This document shows, piece after piece, positions 1 through 8,369 of a stretch of 61,717 bases of DNA. The translations under genes and the position numbers were made by a program. Below the pieces are notes generated by a model. That model made no database searches, was not told where the DNA came from, and saw only the letters and a program-made list of their open reading frames with translations. The DNA comes from a virus (lineage: Duplodnaviria > Caudoviricetes), in IMG/VR virus record IMGVR_UViG_3300037634_001516, positions 1 through 61,717 of that record, one strand, 5' to 3'. Within the stretch, counting starts at the first letter, position 1. Each line of letters opens with the position of its first letter.

Positions 1-86
1 CACCAAGGTTTGTCCGGCAGCTATGATGCAATCATGTTTATCGAGCAAGCAACTGAAATGCGTAACTTAAAAGATAGGATTGGACT

Positions 87-368
87 ATGAATAAATTAGA
101 AATCACGAAAGAACGGTTCGGTAAGATGCAGTCTGCGGCACTGTCTGCTCTGCATCGCTACAAAACCTCTGATCAATGGAAGAGAAGCTTCATGTTTGGA
201 GTGGGTGTGGAGATCGTCGAAGGCAATTTCGAGTATGCTCAAGATCTGTTGGACTTCTCATTACGGAGGCAGCAGTTCGGGGACATGCCTGATGAAGTGT
301 TCCGCATACTTGGAGAGTATACTGGAATTACTAAATTCGATCGTGCAGAGACCCCCCACTTACTATAA
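87..368 (+). CDS. Early hypothetical protein, paralog of 1179..1652
   Basis: RBS AGGA upstream; shares MNKL.ITKE and FGDMP.EVFRILG..TG.T with 1179..1652. Confidence 0.75.
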   Translation: MNKLEITKERFGKMQSAALSALHRYKTSDQWKRSFMFGVGVEIVEGNFEYAQDLLDFSLRRQQFGDMPDEVFRILGEYTGITKFDRAETPHLL

Positions 369-394
369 GATTAACTGAAAAAAGGAATACTACT

Positions 395-820
395 ATGCGT
401 AACATTACTAAGAAGATCATCGAAGTTAAGGCTAACGATACCATCGACGTAAAAGGTTTCTACAAACGCAGTGCTTCAGGTTTGCAGAAGACTTTCTACT
501 TCTATAGTGTAGTGAGCTATGCGCTAGACTATAACGAGTGTCCTATCGAAGCTTACGAGCGGTGCTTACAGAACCAAATTGATTTCCCTTATAACGGCCA
601 CAAGACTCACTGGGCTTCTCCAAAGACAGTCATGCTTTCCTCTACTCCCATTGAGCGTAAGAAGCCTGTTGCGGTTGACGTCGAGTTTGGTGATTGTGTT
701 AAGTTCGAAGGACGCTGGTTCCAGTTAGGTGAAGACTATAACGATAACCTGTCCTTGACAGAAGTAACTCAAGACGAAGCTACCGCCATTATGAAAGCGG
801 TTAATAAAATTAAGGAGTAA
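395..820 (+). CDS. Early hypothetical protein
   Basis: 141-aa ORF, AAGGAA RBS, tight packing. Confidence 0.75.
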   Translation: MRNITKKIIEVKANDTIDVKGFYKRSASGLQKTFYFYSVVSYALDYNECPIEAYERCLQNQIDFPYNGHKTHWASPKTVMLSSTPIERKKPVAVDVEFGDCVKFEGRWFQLGEDYNDNLSLTEVTQDEATAIMKAVNKIKE

Positions 821-823
821 TCT

Positions 824-1096
824 ATGATTAAATTAAGTGAAGAGTACCGCAGGTTGGCAATTCGTGCATTAGAATGGAAAAGTGAAGGACTAGGAAGCTC
901 AGAAATCCGCTACTGGATGATTGATGGAGCTATCACTGTTCTTCTAGATTCTGAACACCGACTTAATCATCGTGTCGACTTAAAGGTGTTACAACGTGTA
1001 CGAAAGATAGTGAACAGATCTAACTCTAGTATCCAAGATATGGAGGAGTTACAGTCTGCCACAGCTATGAAGAAGCCATTTCCTCTGCGATTTTAA
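824..1096 (+). CDS. Early hypothetical protein
   Basis: 90-aa ORF, TAAGGAG RBS. Confidence 0.75.
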   Translation: MIKLSEEYRRLAIRALEWKSEGLGSSEIRYWMIDGAITVLLDSEHRLNHRVDLKVLQRVRKIVNRSNSSIQDMEELQSATAMKKPFPLRF

Positions 1097-1156
1097 GTCG
1101 AAACGCCTACGGGCGTCTAAGGGAATTGATCTACCCTTACTGATGAGACTGATCAA
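1096..1156 (+). ncRNA. Type II hammerhead ribozyme (copy 1)
   Basis: AGTC-GAAA-CGCC(TACG)GGCG-TC^-TAAGGG(AATTGATCTA)CCCTTA-CTGATGA-GACT; full CUGAUGA/GAAA/GUC core; loop I TTGATC pairs with downstream GATCAA. Confidence 0.92.
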
Positions 1157-1178
1157 AAACTAATTAAGGAATACCATT

Positions 1179-1652
1179 ATGAATAAACTAGCAATCACGA
1201 AAGAAATCTTTGTTCTTATCGACGCACTGACCACTGGAAGCGCTATGAGCATGCCGAAAGCAGATCAGTACGCATTTGAACTAGAAGTTAACCTCGATCT
1301 TGCAATGTCAGGGAAAAGAGATTGGACACCGTTGATCAACGAAGCTTACGATATAGGTGATGCTATTCAGGTCTGGGAAGATCAAAAAGCACACAGAGCT
1401 TTCTTGGCAGAGCAGTTCAAGGATATACAAGCTACGGCTTTGTCTAACCTACTTAGTTACAAAACTTCTGTTTATTGGAAGAGTGACTATCTGCTTAACG
1501 TAGCTGCTGAAATCAGCTTAGGTGATCTAGAGTCTGCCCAAGATATGTTAGATTGTGCTGAGGGCAAAGAGATGTTTGGAGATATGCCTTACGAGGTGTT
1601 CCGCATACTCGGCAAGCACACTGGGGTTACTGAACTTAGTCATGGGGAATAA
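1179..1652 (+). CDS. Early hypothetical protein, paralog of 87..368
   Basis: TAAGGA RBS; C-terminal half aligns with 87..368. Confidence 0.8.
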   Translation: MNKLAITKEIFVLIDALTTGSAMSMPKADQYAFELEVNLDLAMSGKRDWTPLINEAYDIGDAIQVWEDQKAHRAFLAEQFKDIQATALSNLLSYKTSVYWKSDYLLNVAAEISLGDLESAQDMLDCAEGKEMFGDMPYEVFRILGKHTGVTELSHGE

Positions 1653-1653
1653 C

Positions 1654-1842
1654 ATGAAAGAGTTTGGATTTAAATTAACTAAGAATGAAGACGAAACGTG
1701 TGACATGGAGTTTGTATCTAGTGATGGCAATGGAATTGGCTATCGTGAAGGTACTAACAGAAACGTCACTCGTGAAGTCTTGGAGGAGATCTTGTTTAGC
1801 TATGAGCAATCTGGCTATAAGATTACTTACTGTCGTCTATAA
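1654..1842 (+). CDS. Hypothetical protein
   Basis: Start reassigned to ATG 1654 (MKEFGF), just after the previous stop, GGGGA RBS. Confidence 0.6.
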   Translation: MKEFGFKLTKNEDETCDMEFVSSDGNGIGYREGTNRNVTREVLEEILFSYEQSGYKITYCRL

Positions 1843-1855
1843 AAGGAGTACCGTT

Positions 1856-2002
1856 ATGTTAACTATACTATTGTTTTTAATAGCAATAACAGTTATCTTC
1901 GGAGTTGTGGGTGGCATCTTTTCAGCTATTTTTACGTGTTCGTTTCGTATGGCTTTGGTCGTACTTTGCATTTTCACTCTCTTAGCTTTAAGCATGTCTT
2001 AG
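1856..2002 (+). CDS. Small membrane protein
   Basis: AAGGAG RBS; almost entirely hydrophobic 48 aa (MLTILLFLIAITVIFG...). Confidence 0.6.
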   Translation: MLTILLFLIAITVIFGVVGGIFSAIFTCSFRMALVVLCIFTLLALSMS

Positions 2003-2008
2003 TTTTTT

Positions 2009-2027
2009 AAACACTGTATTATGAATA
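2009..2027 (+). promoter_or_regulatory. Putative phage RNAP promoter, copy 1
   Basis: AAACACTGTATTATGAATA, intergenic, matches the repeated motif. Confidence 0.7.
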
Positions 2028-2060
2028 GCAAAACTCAATTTTTAATTAAGGAATACTATT

Positions 2061-2285
2061 ATGAAGTATACTAAAACTGTAGATGTATGGGAACTTAACG
2101 ACCAAGAACGTAGCAAGTTGCAAGTTGGTCAATGGGTGTCAGCAGGTAAGAACGGCAATAAAGGCGTTTGGTGCGGAATGACCTCCAATGGTATAGCGCT
2201 TGTGACTTGGTTAGGGAATATCTCTGGCCGTGCTCACTCGCACAGTACTACTAAGCGTCTTATTGCAAATGCTAAATCTAACTAA
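2061..2285 (+). CDS. Hypothetical protein
   Basis: TAAGGA RBS, 74 aa. Confidence 0.7.
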   Translation: MKYTKTVDVWELNDQERSKLQVGQWVSAGKNGNKGVWCGMTSNGIALVTWLGNISGRAHSHSTTKRLIANAKSN

Positions 2286-2297
2286 GAGGAAAATACT

Positions 2298-2546
2298 ATG
2301 GATTATGTAGTTGATTACTGTGGCTTTGAGTTAACAGTGCAAGTGTACAATGTTGAAGAACCTGTGGAAGCCTACGTAACTGGGCCTTGGGAGGATTGTT
2401 ATCCTGCTGAAGATGGGTATTTCGACTTTGTCGTTATCGATGCTGAGTACAAAGAACATATGGCAGAATTTGCAGACATTGCAACTTCGTTTTGCCAACA
2501 TGAGTTGTACGAAGCAATATATCAAGAAGTGTTTTTAACTAAGTAA
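2298..2546 (+). CDS. Acidic hypothetical protein
   Basis: GAGGA RBS; strongly D/E-rich 82 aa. Confidence 0.7.
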   Translation: MDYVVDYCGFELTVQVYNVEEPVEAYVTGPWEDCYPAEDGYFDFVVIDAEYKEHMAEFADIATSFCQHELYEAIYQEVFLTK

Positions 2547-2721
2547 ATGAGGATAGGTGTAGATATGGGACACAGAGTTACACAAAGAATATTGGTATGT
2601 GATGTTTGCAACACGATACCAGAGGACGGACAGTACCTTTGGGAAATGTGTGGCGACTACTGGTGCGAGGATTGTTGCGAGCACGAAAAGAACCTTGAAC
2701 TTGAAAATGAGGAATAAAATT

Positions 2722-3111
2722 ATGACTAAGCTAATTATCAGTACTGACCGTCCAGATCTTTCCCAGCTAGAGCTTCATAAGCGTCGGAAAGACTTTGAGT
2801 TCTACCTAGAGCGCACAGGTCTGAAGAATGATGTTTGCGAAGGAGTATGGGAAGGTGGTCGTGAGCAATCTTATATGATAACTCTGCGAGATGATAAGTA
2901 CTATCGTCCTCTGTTAGAGTTAGCATTTGATCGCTTTGACCAAGACGCTGTTCTCAAAGTCGGTGCGTATAAGGGTGCTACCTTTATCCACCGAGACTAC
3001 AGTGAACTATCGGTAGATGGGAACTTCATCAAGGCGACAGAGAAACCTCCAGTTGGAGATTACACTCAACGTTACTCTGATGGAGCTTTCTTTTATATCA
3101 GCCAACACTAG
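2722..3111 (+). CDS. S-adenosylmethionine lyase (T3 gp0.3-like)
   Basis: Start at 2722 with GAGGA RBS; IISTDR / GVW...EQS / LAFDRFDQDAVL match T3 SAMase VSAFR / GCY...EKT / LACNEWEQDCVL. Confidence 0.72.
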   Translation: MTKLIISTDRPDLSQLELHKRRKDFEFYLERTGLKNDVCEGVWEGGREQSYMITLRDDKYYRPLLELAFDRFDQDAVLKVGAYKGATFIHRDYSELSVDGNFIKATEKPPVGDYTQRYSDGAFFYISQH

Positions 3112-3170
3112 TCGAAACGCCTACGGGCGTCAGTGGGAATTAGTCTACCCACTCTGATGAGACTGACTGA
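3110..3170 (+). ncRNA. Type II hammerhead ribozyme (copy 2)
   Basis: AGTC-GAAA-CGCC(TACG)GGCG-TC^-AGTGGG(AATTAGTCTA)CCCACT-CTGATGA-GACT; loop TTAGTC pairs with GACTGA; compensatory changes relative to copy 1. Confidence 0.92.
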
Positions 3171-3188
3171 ACTAATAGGAATCGTACT

Positions 3189-3605
3189 ATGAAAATTCAA
3201 ACAACATATGAAGAATGCTTGGAAGTATCAAAGGAGTTCAATGAACATAATGATTGTGCAGTAATAGCCGTAGCTCTGGCAGGAGGTATTCCTTACGAAA
3301 CCTCTCACAGCTTGCTACGAGAATTGGGTGGAAGGGAAAACCGGAAGCCTGCAAGATACTCTTCTGTAAGTGCAACTCTGATGCTGATTGGAGCAACTGA
3401 GAAGTTCTTAGATATGGAGGAGATGAAGAAGAACAATGGTGGGAGGGGTCTGACTCCAAACAATATTGTTCCTTTGTTAGACGCTACCAAGACTTACGTA
3501 GCTTACGTAAAAGGTCACGTTTTTGCTGTCTGTAAAGGTAAGCTAGAAGACTGGTCTGTTGGTCGGAAGTTTAAAGTCTTACAAGTTGTAGAAGTTTCCC
3601 GTTAA
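3189..3605 (+). CDS. Hypothetical protein with putative Cys/His peptidase-like motifs, paralog A
   Basis: NDCAVIAVA...GHVFAV...GKLEDWS, shared with 3621..4082. Confidence 0.7.
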   Translation: MKIQTTYEECLEVSKEFNEHNDCAVIAVALAGGIPYETSHSLLRELGGRENRKPARYSSVSATLMLIGATEKFLDMEEMKKNNGGRGLTPNNIVPLLDATKTYVAYVKGHVFAVCKGKLEDWSVGRKFKVLQVVEVSR

Positions 3606-3620
3606 ACTAGGAGAAGTGCA

Positions 3621-4082
3621 ATGCAAGTAAAGAAATGGAGAAGTGTGTATGACCGTTTCAAAGATCTTCCTAAAGCTAGAACTACTTTTGTCAAATGTGA
3701 ATATATAGCTAATGCTATGAATGAAACTAATGACTGTACCGTAAAGGCAGTAGCGATAGCTGGTAAGATCCCCTATGAGACTGCGCATGAACTTATGCAA
3801 CTGTCAGGTAGGAAGCCAAGAGAAGGAACATTCCCAGGAATAGTCAGTTTGGCATTCCGAAGGATTGGAGCTAAGGAAAAGAGAGTCTGCACTATGGCTC
3901 TTCAGAAAAAGAACAACGGAGTAGGTTTAACTGCCAATAACATTGTTCGATTACTGAATAAGCAGCGCTCTTACATAGCGTATACCATTGACCACGTACT
4001 CACTATCCGTAACGGAAAAGTTGAAGATTGGTCTGCAGGCAGGCGTCATAAGATACTGTCAGTGCATGAAATATCACGTTAA
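3621..4082 (+). CDS. Hypothetical protein with putative Cys/His peptidase-like motifs, paralog B
   Basis: NDCTVKAVA...DHVLTI...GKVEDWS. Confidence 0.7.
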   Translation: MQVKKWRSVYDRFKDLPKARTTFVKCEYIANAMNETNDCTVKAVAIAGKIPYETAHELMQLSGRKPREGTFPGIVSLAFRRIGAKEKRVCTMALQKKNNGVGLTANNIVRLLNKQRSYIAYTIDHVLTIRNGKVEDWSAGRRHKILSVHEISR

Positions 4083-4101
4083 AATTATTGAGGAATAAAC
4101 T

Positions 4102-4263
4102 ATGAAAAACTATATGAAGAAGTCTATGAAAACCGCTACAATCAACTCTGTTCGTGAAGAGTTCGCTACCAGTACTACTGTATACAACTCTAAACCAGTT
4201 GCTGCAGCTCGTCGAGAAGCACGTGCGAATAAGAACAAACGTCGTGCTTTCTATCAATCCTGA
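4102..4263 (+). CDS. Small basic protein
   Basis: GAGGA RBS; MKNYMKKSMK...RREARANKNKRRAFYQS, below the ORF-track cutoff. Confidence 0.55.
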   Translation: MKNYMKKSMKTATINSVREEFATSTTVYNSKPVAAARREARANKNKRRAFYQS

Positions 4264-4306
4264 CCCTTAACTCAACTAAACCAAATGGACCAACTAGGAG
4301 AAATCT

Positions 4307-6937
4307 ATGTCCGAATATTTAAACTTGCTACAATTCGAACTCAACGAGCGTATGAAGTCTGAAGGAAACATTAAGTTTATCCGCAATGAGGAAAGACTTA
4401 CTGAGAATGATGACTACTCTGAGACAGTAACTGCACGTGACTTCGCTAGCAAGGCTATCGGAGGATTCGTCAAGACTTTCGAAGAATACGTAGAAGAACA
4501 GGAAACTGTTTCTCGCAAGGGTTTGTTGATTAAGCACAACATCCATACTATGATCGATCCACGCTCCTTAGCTAAGATCATTATAAAGTGTTTGTTGTCT
4601 AACGTAATGGTACCAGATGGTCGTCGCAAGACAGCTACTGATGTACTGTTCAAAATAGGAGATGAACTGGAATACACGCTAAAGCAGATCGAACTGGACA
4701 TGTACCACGCGAAAGATGTACGCAAGGTAATGGACATGCTGAGACGCCAAGGACGTGTTGGGGACAAGGAAGAGATACGTAATATGATGTTAGCTCTGTC
4801 AGAGTCTGAGGGTCTGGAATTCAAAGATTTTGATTCCGACATTAAGGCTAAGATGGGTTTAGCTCTTGTGCAGTTGTTCTACAAATCCCCTGTTAGTTAC
4901 AAGGGCGAACAGCTACGCTTTAGTGATATCTTTCGTGAATACGACGAAAAGACTCACACAAGCAAGCACAAGCAACGCTTTATAGACTTGACAGTCTTAG
5001 GTCGTGAGTGGTTGTCAGAGAATGAGACGTTTCTAGCGGAGAATTCTTTGACATTCCTGCCTATGGTCGTTCCACCGATGCCTTGGAGAAGTATTACCAA
5101 GGGCGGTTACTGGGACGAAGCTTTGAACTCTAAGTATCACATTCTGAAAGGCGTGTCCCGTAAGAAAGTTAAAGAACTGTACTATGACCACCCTGAAGGA
5201 TTCGACGTTCTTATTGAAGTACTTAATGAGCTACAATCAGTTCCGTTTACTGTAAACGGTGACATATTGGAAGCAGTTAAGTACGTTAATGATAACGAGA
5301 TCTCTATTGGTGGAGGTGGTGTGCCATCCTACATGGGTGGTTGGGAAGCTCTGTTAGGAGATGAGGCAGAAACACTGTTTAACTTGCGCAAGATGCTTGA
5401 GCGTGATGAAGACGGTCGACTGACTGATAGTTCTAAAGAGCAGTTGGAGGAGTTCGCAAGAGGTGTCATTGAAGGCGGTAAAGACCTTGATGACAAAGAA
5501 CTTTGGAAGGAGTGGAGAAAGGTCTGTAAGAAGTCCCAAGACCACGCCCGAGCAGAGAAATCCAAGACTCTGTTGATGGACAATGTGATTCGAGATGCCC
5601 AGATGTTTGTTGATGCTGGCGCTCCTATCTACTTTGTCTACAACGCAGATTATCGTGGACGCATCTACCCTCTATCTACCCAGTTCTCACCCCAAGGTAC
5701 TGACGTATCTAAAGGACTGTTGAACTTTGCTAACCCAGTTTGGGTGGACACAGATGAAGCTGTGGATCAAATTGCTTACGTAATCGCCAACAACTATGGT
5801 GAAGACAAGTTAAGCATTACTGATCGTATCCAGTGGACTCATGACCATACTGCTGAGATCTTGGCTTGCGCAACTGACTTTAAGTCTACCGACTTCTGGT
5901 TGAAAGCGGATAAGCCATTTATGTTCCTAAACGGTTGTTTGGAATGGGCAAAGGTTGTTGGTGCTAGTATGTCTGAAGAAGGTGGTTTTTGGAGTTCTAT
6001 TCCAATTGCTTTCGACGGTTCATGTAACGGCATACAACACTACAGTGCTATGTTCAAAGACCCTGAAGGTGCGGTAGCTGTTAACCTAGTTGATAGCGAA
6101 ATCCCATCTGATGTGTACAAAGAAGTAGGGCTGCGAGCCAAAGCTATGGCTGAACGCTCAAGTGCTGGTGTGAACAAGTTGATTCAGAAGTACTCTGAAG
6201 AAACTGACGGTGCAATATTCGGACGTAAAGTTGCCAAGCGTAGCACAATGTGCTTACCTTACGGTGTATCTAAGCGTTCTTCTAATGCATATGTTTACGA
6301 AACTGTTGATGAAGTTCTTAAGGAATCTTCGATCACAGCTAAGGAAGCAAAGTCTGTTCGTACTCGTATCGGTAGTCTGATCTGGGATGCGATTGGTGAA
6401 GTTGTGGGTGCACCTGTAGTTGGTAAGGAATATCTTCAGAACATAGCTGCAGAGCTAGCTGAAGAGAACCTGCCCGTCTACTGGACTACTCCTACAGGTT
6501 TCCCTGTCAAACAAGAGATCAAGAAGAGTGTACCAAAGATGATCGAAGTCAAGATAGACGGAGTGCGTGTGCAACGAACTGTACCTCGTTACGTTCAAAC
6601 TCTTGATGGTGGAGATCAGTCTAACGCAGTCGCTCCTAACTTTGTCCATTCTTTCGACTCAGCACACTTACAGCTTACTGTAAAGGCTGCTGCAGCTGAA
6701 GGTATGGAGAACTTCTTAGTTGTTCACGACAGCTTTGCTACTGATGCTAATTCAGCAGCACGCTTCAATGAGATCATCCGCGAAGAATTCGTAGGAATCT
6801 ACAATGAGCGTGACTACCTGAACGAGTTTCATGACAAAGTTGAAGAGCAATTAGGTCGTGCTTCCGAAGTTGGACGTGTGCACCAAGGGGACTTCGATGT
6901 TAACGAAGTCTTGAAAGCAACTTACTTTTTCAGCTAA
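4307..6937 (+). CDS. T7-type single-subunit DNA-directed RNA polymerase (RNAP1)
   Basis: DYRGRIY; motif A PIAFDGSCNGIQH; motif B RKVAKRSTMCLPYG; APNFVHSFD; motif C VHDSF; C-terminal YFFS. Confidence 0.97.
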   Translation: MSEYLNLLQFELNERMKSEGNIKFIRNEERLTENDDYSETVTARDFASKAIGGFVKTFEEYVEEQETVSRKGLLIKHNIHTMIDPRSLAKIIIKCLLSNVMVPDGRRKTATDVLFKIGDELEYTLKQIELDMYHAKDVRKVMDMLRRQGRVGDKEEIRNMMLALSESEGLEFKDFDSDIKAKMGLALVQLFYKSPVSYKGEQLRFSDIFREYDEKTHTSKHKQRFIDLTVLGREWLSENETFLAENSLTFLPMVVPPMPWRSITKGGYWDEALNSKYHILKGVSRKKVKELYYDHPEGFDVLIEVLNELQSVPFTVNGDILEAVKYVNDNEISIGGGGVPSYMGGWEALLGDEAETLFNLRKMLERDEDGRLTDSSKEQLEEFARGVIEGGKDLDDKELWKEWRKVCKKSQDHARAEKSKTLLMDNVIRDAQMFVDAGAPIYFVYNADYRGRIYPLSTQFSPQGTDVSKGLLNFANPVWVDTDEAVDQIAYVIANNYGEDKLSITDRIQWTHDHTAEILACATDFKSTDFWLKADKPFMFLNGCLEWAKVVGASMSEEGGFWSSIPIAFDGSCNGIQHYSAMFKDPEGAVAVNLVDSEIPSDVYKEVGLRAKAMAERSSAGVNKLIQKYSEETDGAIFGRKVAKRSTMCLPYGVSKRSSNAYVYETVDEVLKESSITAKEAKSVRTRIGSLIWDAIGEVVGAPVVGKEYLQNIAAELAEENLPVYWTTPTGFPVKQEIKKSVPKMIEVKIDGVRVQRTVPRYVQTLDGGDQSNAVAPNFVHSFDSAHLQLTVKAAAAEGMENFLVVHDSFATDANSAARFNEIIREEFVGIYNERDYLNEFHDKVEEQLGRASEVGRVHQGDFDVNEVLKATYFFS

Positions 6938-6981
6938 TTAATATGCCAAGGATGGCACAAACTTAAACTTGAGGAATTACT

Positions 6982-7284
6982 ATGAAGACTATTAAAATCA
7001 TGTGTATGGATGATCTAGCCCTAACTCAGAAAGAAGTTAACGCTTACTGGGAAGAAGGCTATCGACCTTTTGAAATCTATGTTTACAACGACGAACCTGT
7101 TGACTACCATTGTGGTCGAGATTATAGCCACAATCCCATTGAAGCTGGACAGATAGCTGGTTGGGACATCTATCACGTATTTGCTAAGCGTGATGAACTG
7201 ACAGCTGACTACCCTTACTTCGATATAATCATCACTACGTCTGTAGTAGGCGATTGCACTGAAATGTTAATAATTGAGGAATAA
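6982..7284 (+). CDS. Hypothetical protein
   Basis: GAGGA RBS, 100 aa. Confidence 0.7.
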   Translation: MKTIKIMCMDDLALTQKEVNAYWEEGYRPFEIYVYNDEPVDYHCGRDYSHNPIEAGQIAGWDIYHVFAKRDELTADYPYFDIIITTSVVGDCTEMLIIEE

Positions 7285-7288
7285 TCCG

Positions 7289-7894
7289 ATGAATGAAGCA
7301 CCTATTAAGACTGTAAAAGCATACAAGCTATTTCGTTTATATCCTAAGCAAGCCGGAAAGCTGTTTCCTCTTTTTGTAGATGCCAAGACTCCAGTAGCAA
7401 CAGGAGAATGGGTAGATGCGATAATGGGGGAGCAGGTAGAAGGAAGTGTGAAGGTGAAATCCAAGATAGGCCCGTTAGCTTTTCGACCAGGATGGCACGC
7501 TGGAGATCTACCTGTAGCAACCCATATAGGTTCTAAATCAGATAGCAAACTCAAAGAAGTAGACACTCGACCTAACGATCAAGTGTGGGCTGAAGTTGAG
7601 TTTCCAGCAGATGTCGATTGGCAGAAAGAAGCTAACAGTCGTGCTAGGATAAAGAAGGACGGGACTCCTGAAGCTAGGTCTGCCCACATAACGGATCAAC
7701 TACCTGTAGGTGGTTTCTACCGTTATAAAACAAACTCTAACATGCTCGGGAATTGGCTTATTGCTGGCTCCATGAAAGTGAATAGAGTTTTAACTGATGC
7801 CGAAGTAGAAGCTATTAATGCTGAAGCTGGTGTGTCTGATCTTCCAAGAGCTAAGTCTGTATTGCTCGACCCTATCCATCTAACCCCTATGTAG
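7289..7894 (+). CDS. Hypothetical protein (motif-rich globular domain)
   Basis: GAGGA RBS; motifs AYKLFR, LAFRPGWH, QVWAEVE, GFYRYKTN. Confidence 0.75.
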   Translation: MNEAPIKTVKAYKLFRLYPKQAGKLFPLFVDAKTPVATGEWVDAIMGEQVEGSVKVKSKIGPLAFRPGWHAGDLPVATHIGSKSDSKLKEVDTRPNDQVWAEVEFPADVDWQKEANSRARIKKDGTPEARSAHITDQLPVGGFYRYKTNSNMLGNWLIAGSMKVNRVLTDAEVEAINAEAGVSDLPRAKSVLLDPIHLTPM

Positions 7895-7906
7895 TGTCTC
7901 TAAAAC

Positions 7907-7960
7907 TCCCCCTCTCAGCATCTTTCCCTCACGGGTTAGGTGTTGGGAGGGGGATTTTTT
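7907..7960 (+). terminator. Rho-independent terminator ending the early/RNAP block
   Basis: TCCCCCTCTCAGCA...TGTTGGGAGGGGGA stem followed by TTTTTT. Confidence 0.75.
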
Positions 7961-8027
7961 ATGGCCGACCTCTATGCGCCCTAGGGCTTGTAGGGGTCTT
8001 GGTTCGGGGACTGCTTGCTTACTTTAT

Positions 8028-8050
8028 TCAAAACACTGTATTAAGATACA
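8028..8050 (+). promoter_or_regulatory. Putative phage RNAP promoter, copy 2
   Basis: TCAAAACACTGTATTAAGATACA. Confidence 0.7.
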
Positions 8051-8226
8051 TTGCGATTCAGGTCTTGCGGCAGCTGCTTTTTTAAATACTTTTAAAGTAT
8101 TCTTTTAAGTACTCTCTGCGTATATGTATATATCTTTATCTTCTCTGATATTTATTAACAGAGTTAATACGTTAACATGTATGTCAAAGTAGTGTCACAT
8201 ATACCTGACGTTGTCTTTGTTAAGAA

Positions 8227-8250
8227 TCAAAACACTGTATTATGATACAA
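8227..8250 (+). promoter_or_regulatory. Putative phage RNAP promoter, copy 3
   Basis: TCAAAACACTGTATTATGATACAA upstream of primase-helicase. Confidence 0.8.
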
Positions 8251-8369
8251 CCCGAATCACACAAGGAGGCATACTATGAAACTATTATCTTACACCCTGA
8301 CCGCTGCAGTACTGACAGGTTTGTTCCTTGTGCAATACTCTTTACTGACTGTTATTTTAGGAGGCTGAT

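Noticed and set aside
6944-6957. TGCC-AAGGAT-GGCA hairpin resembling a CsrA/RsmA site
   Set aside because: Single short instance that could arise by chance
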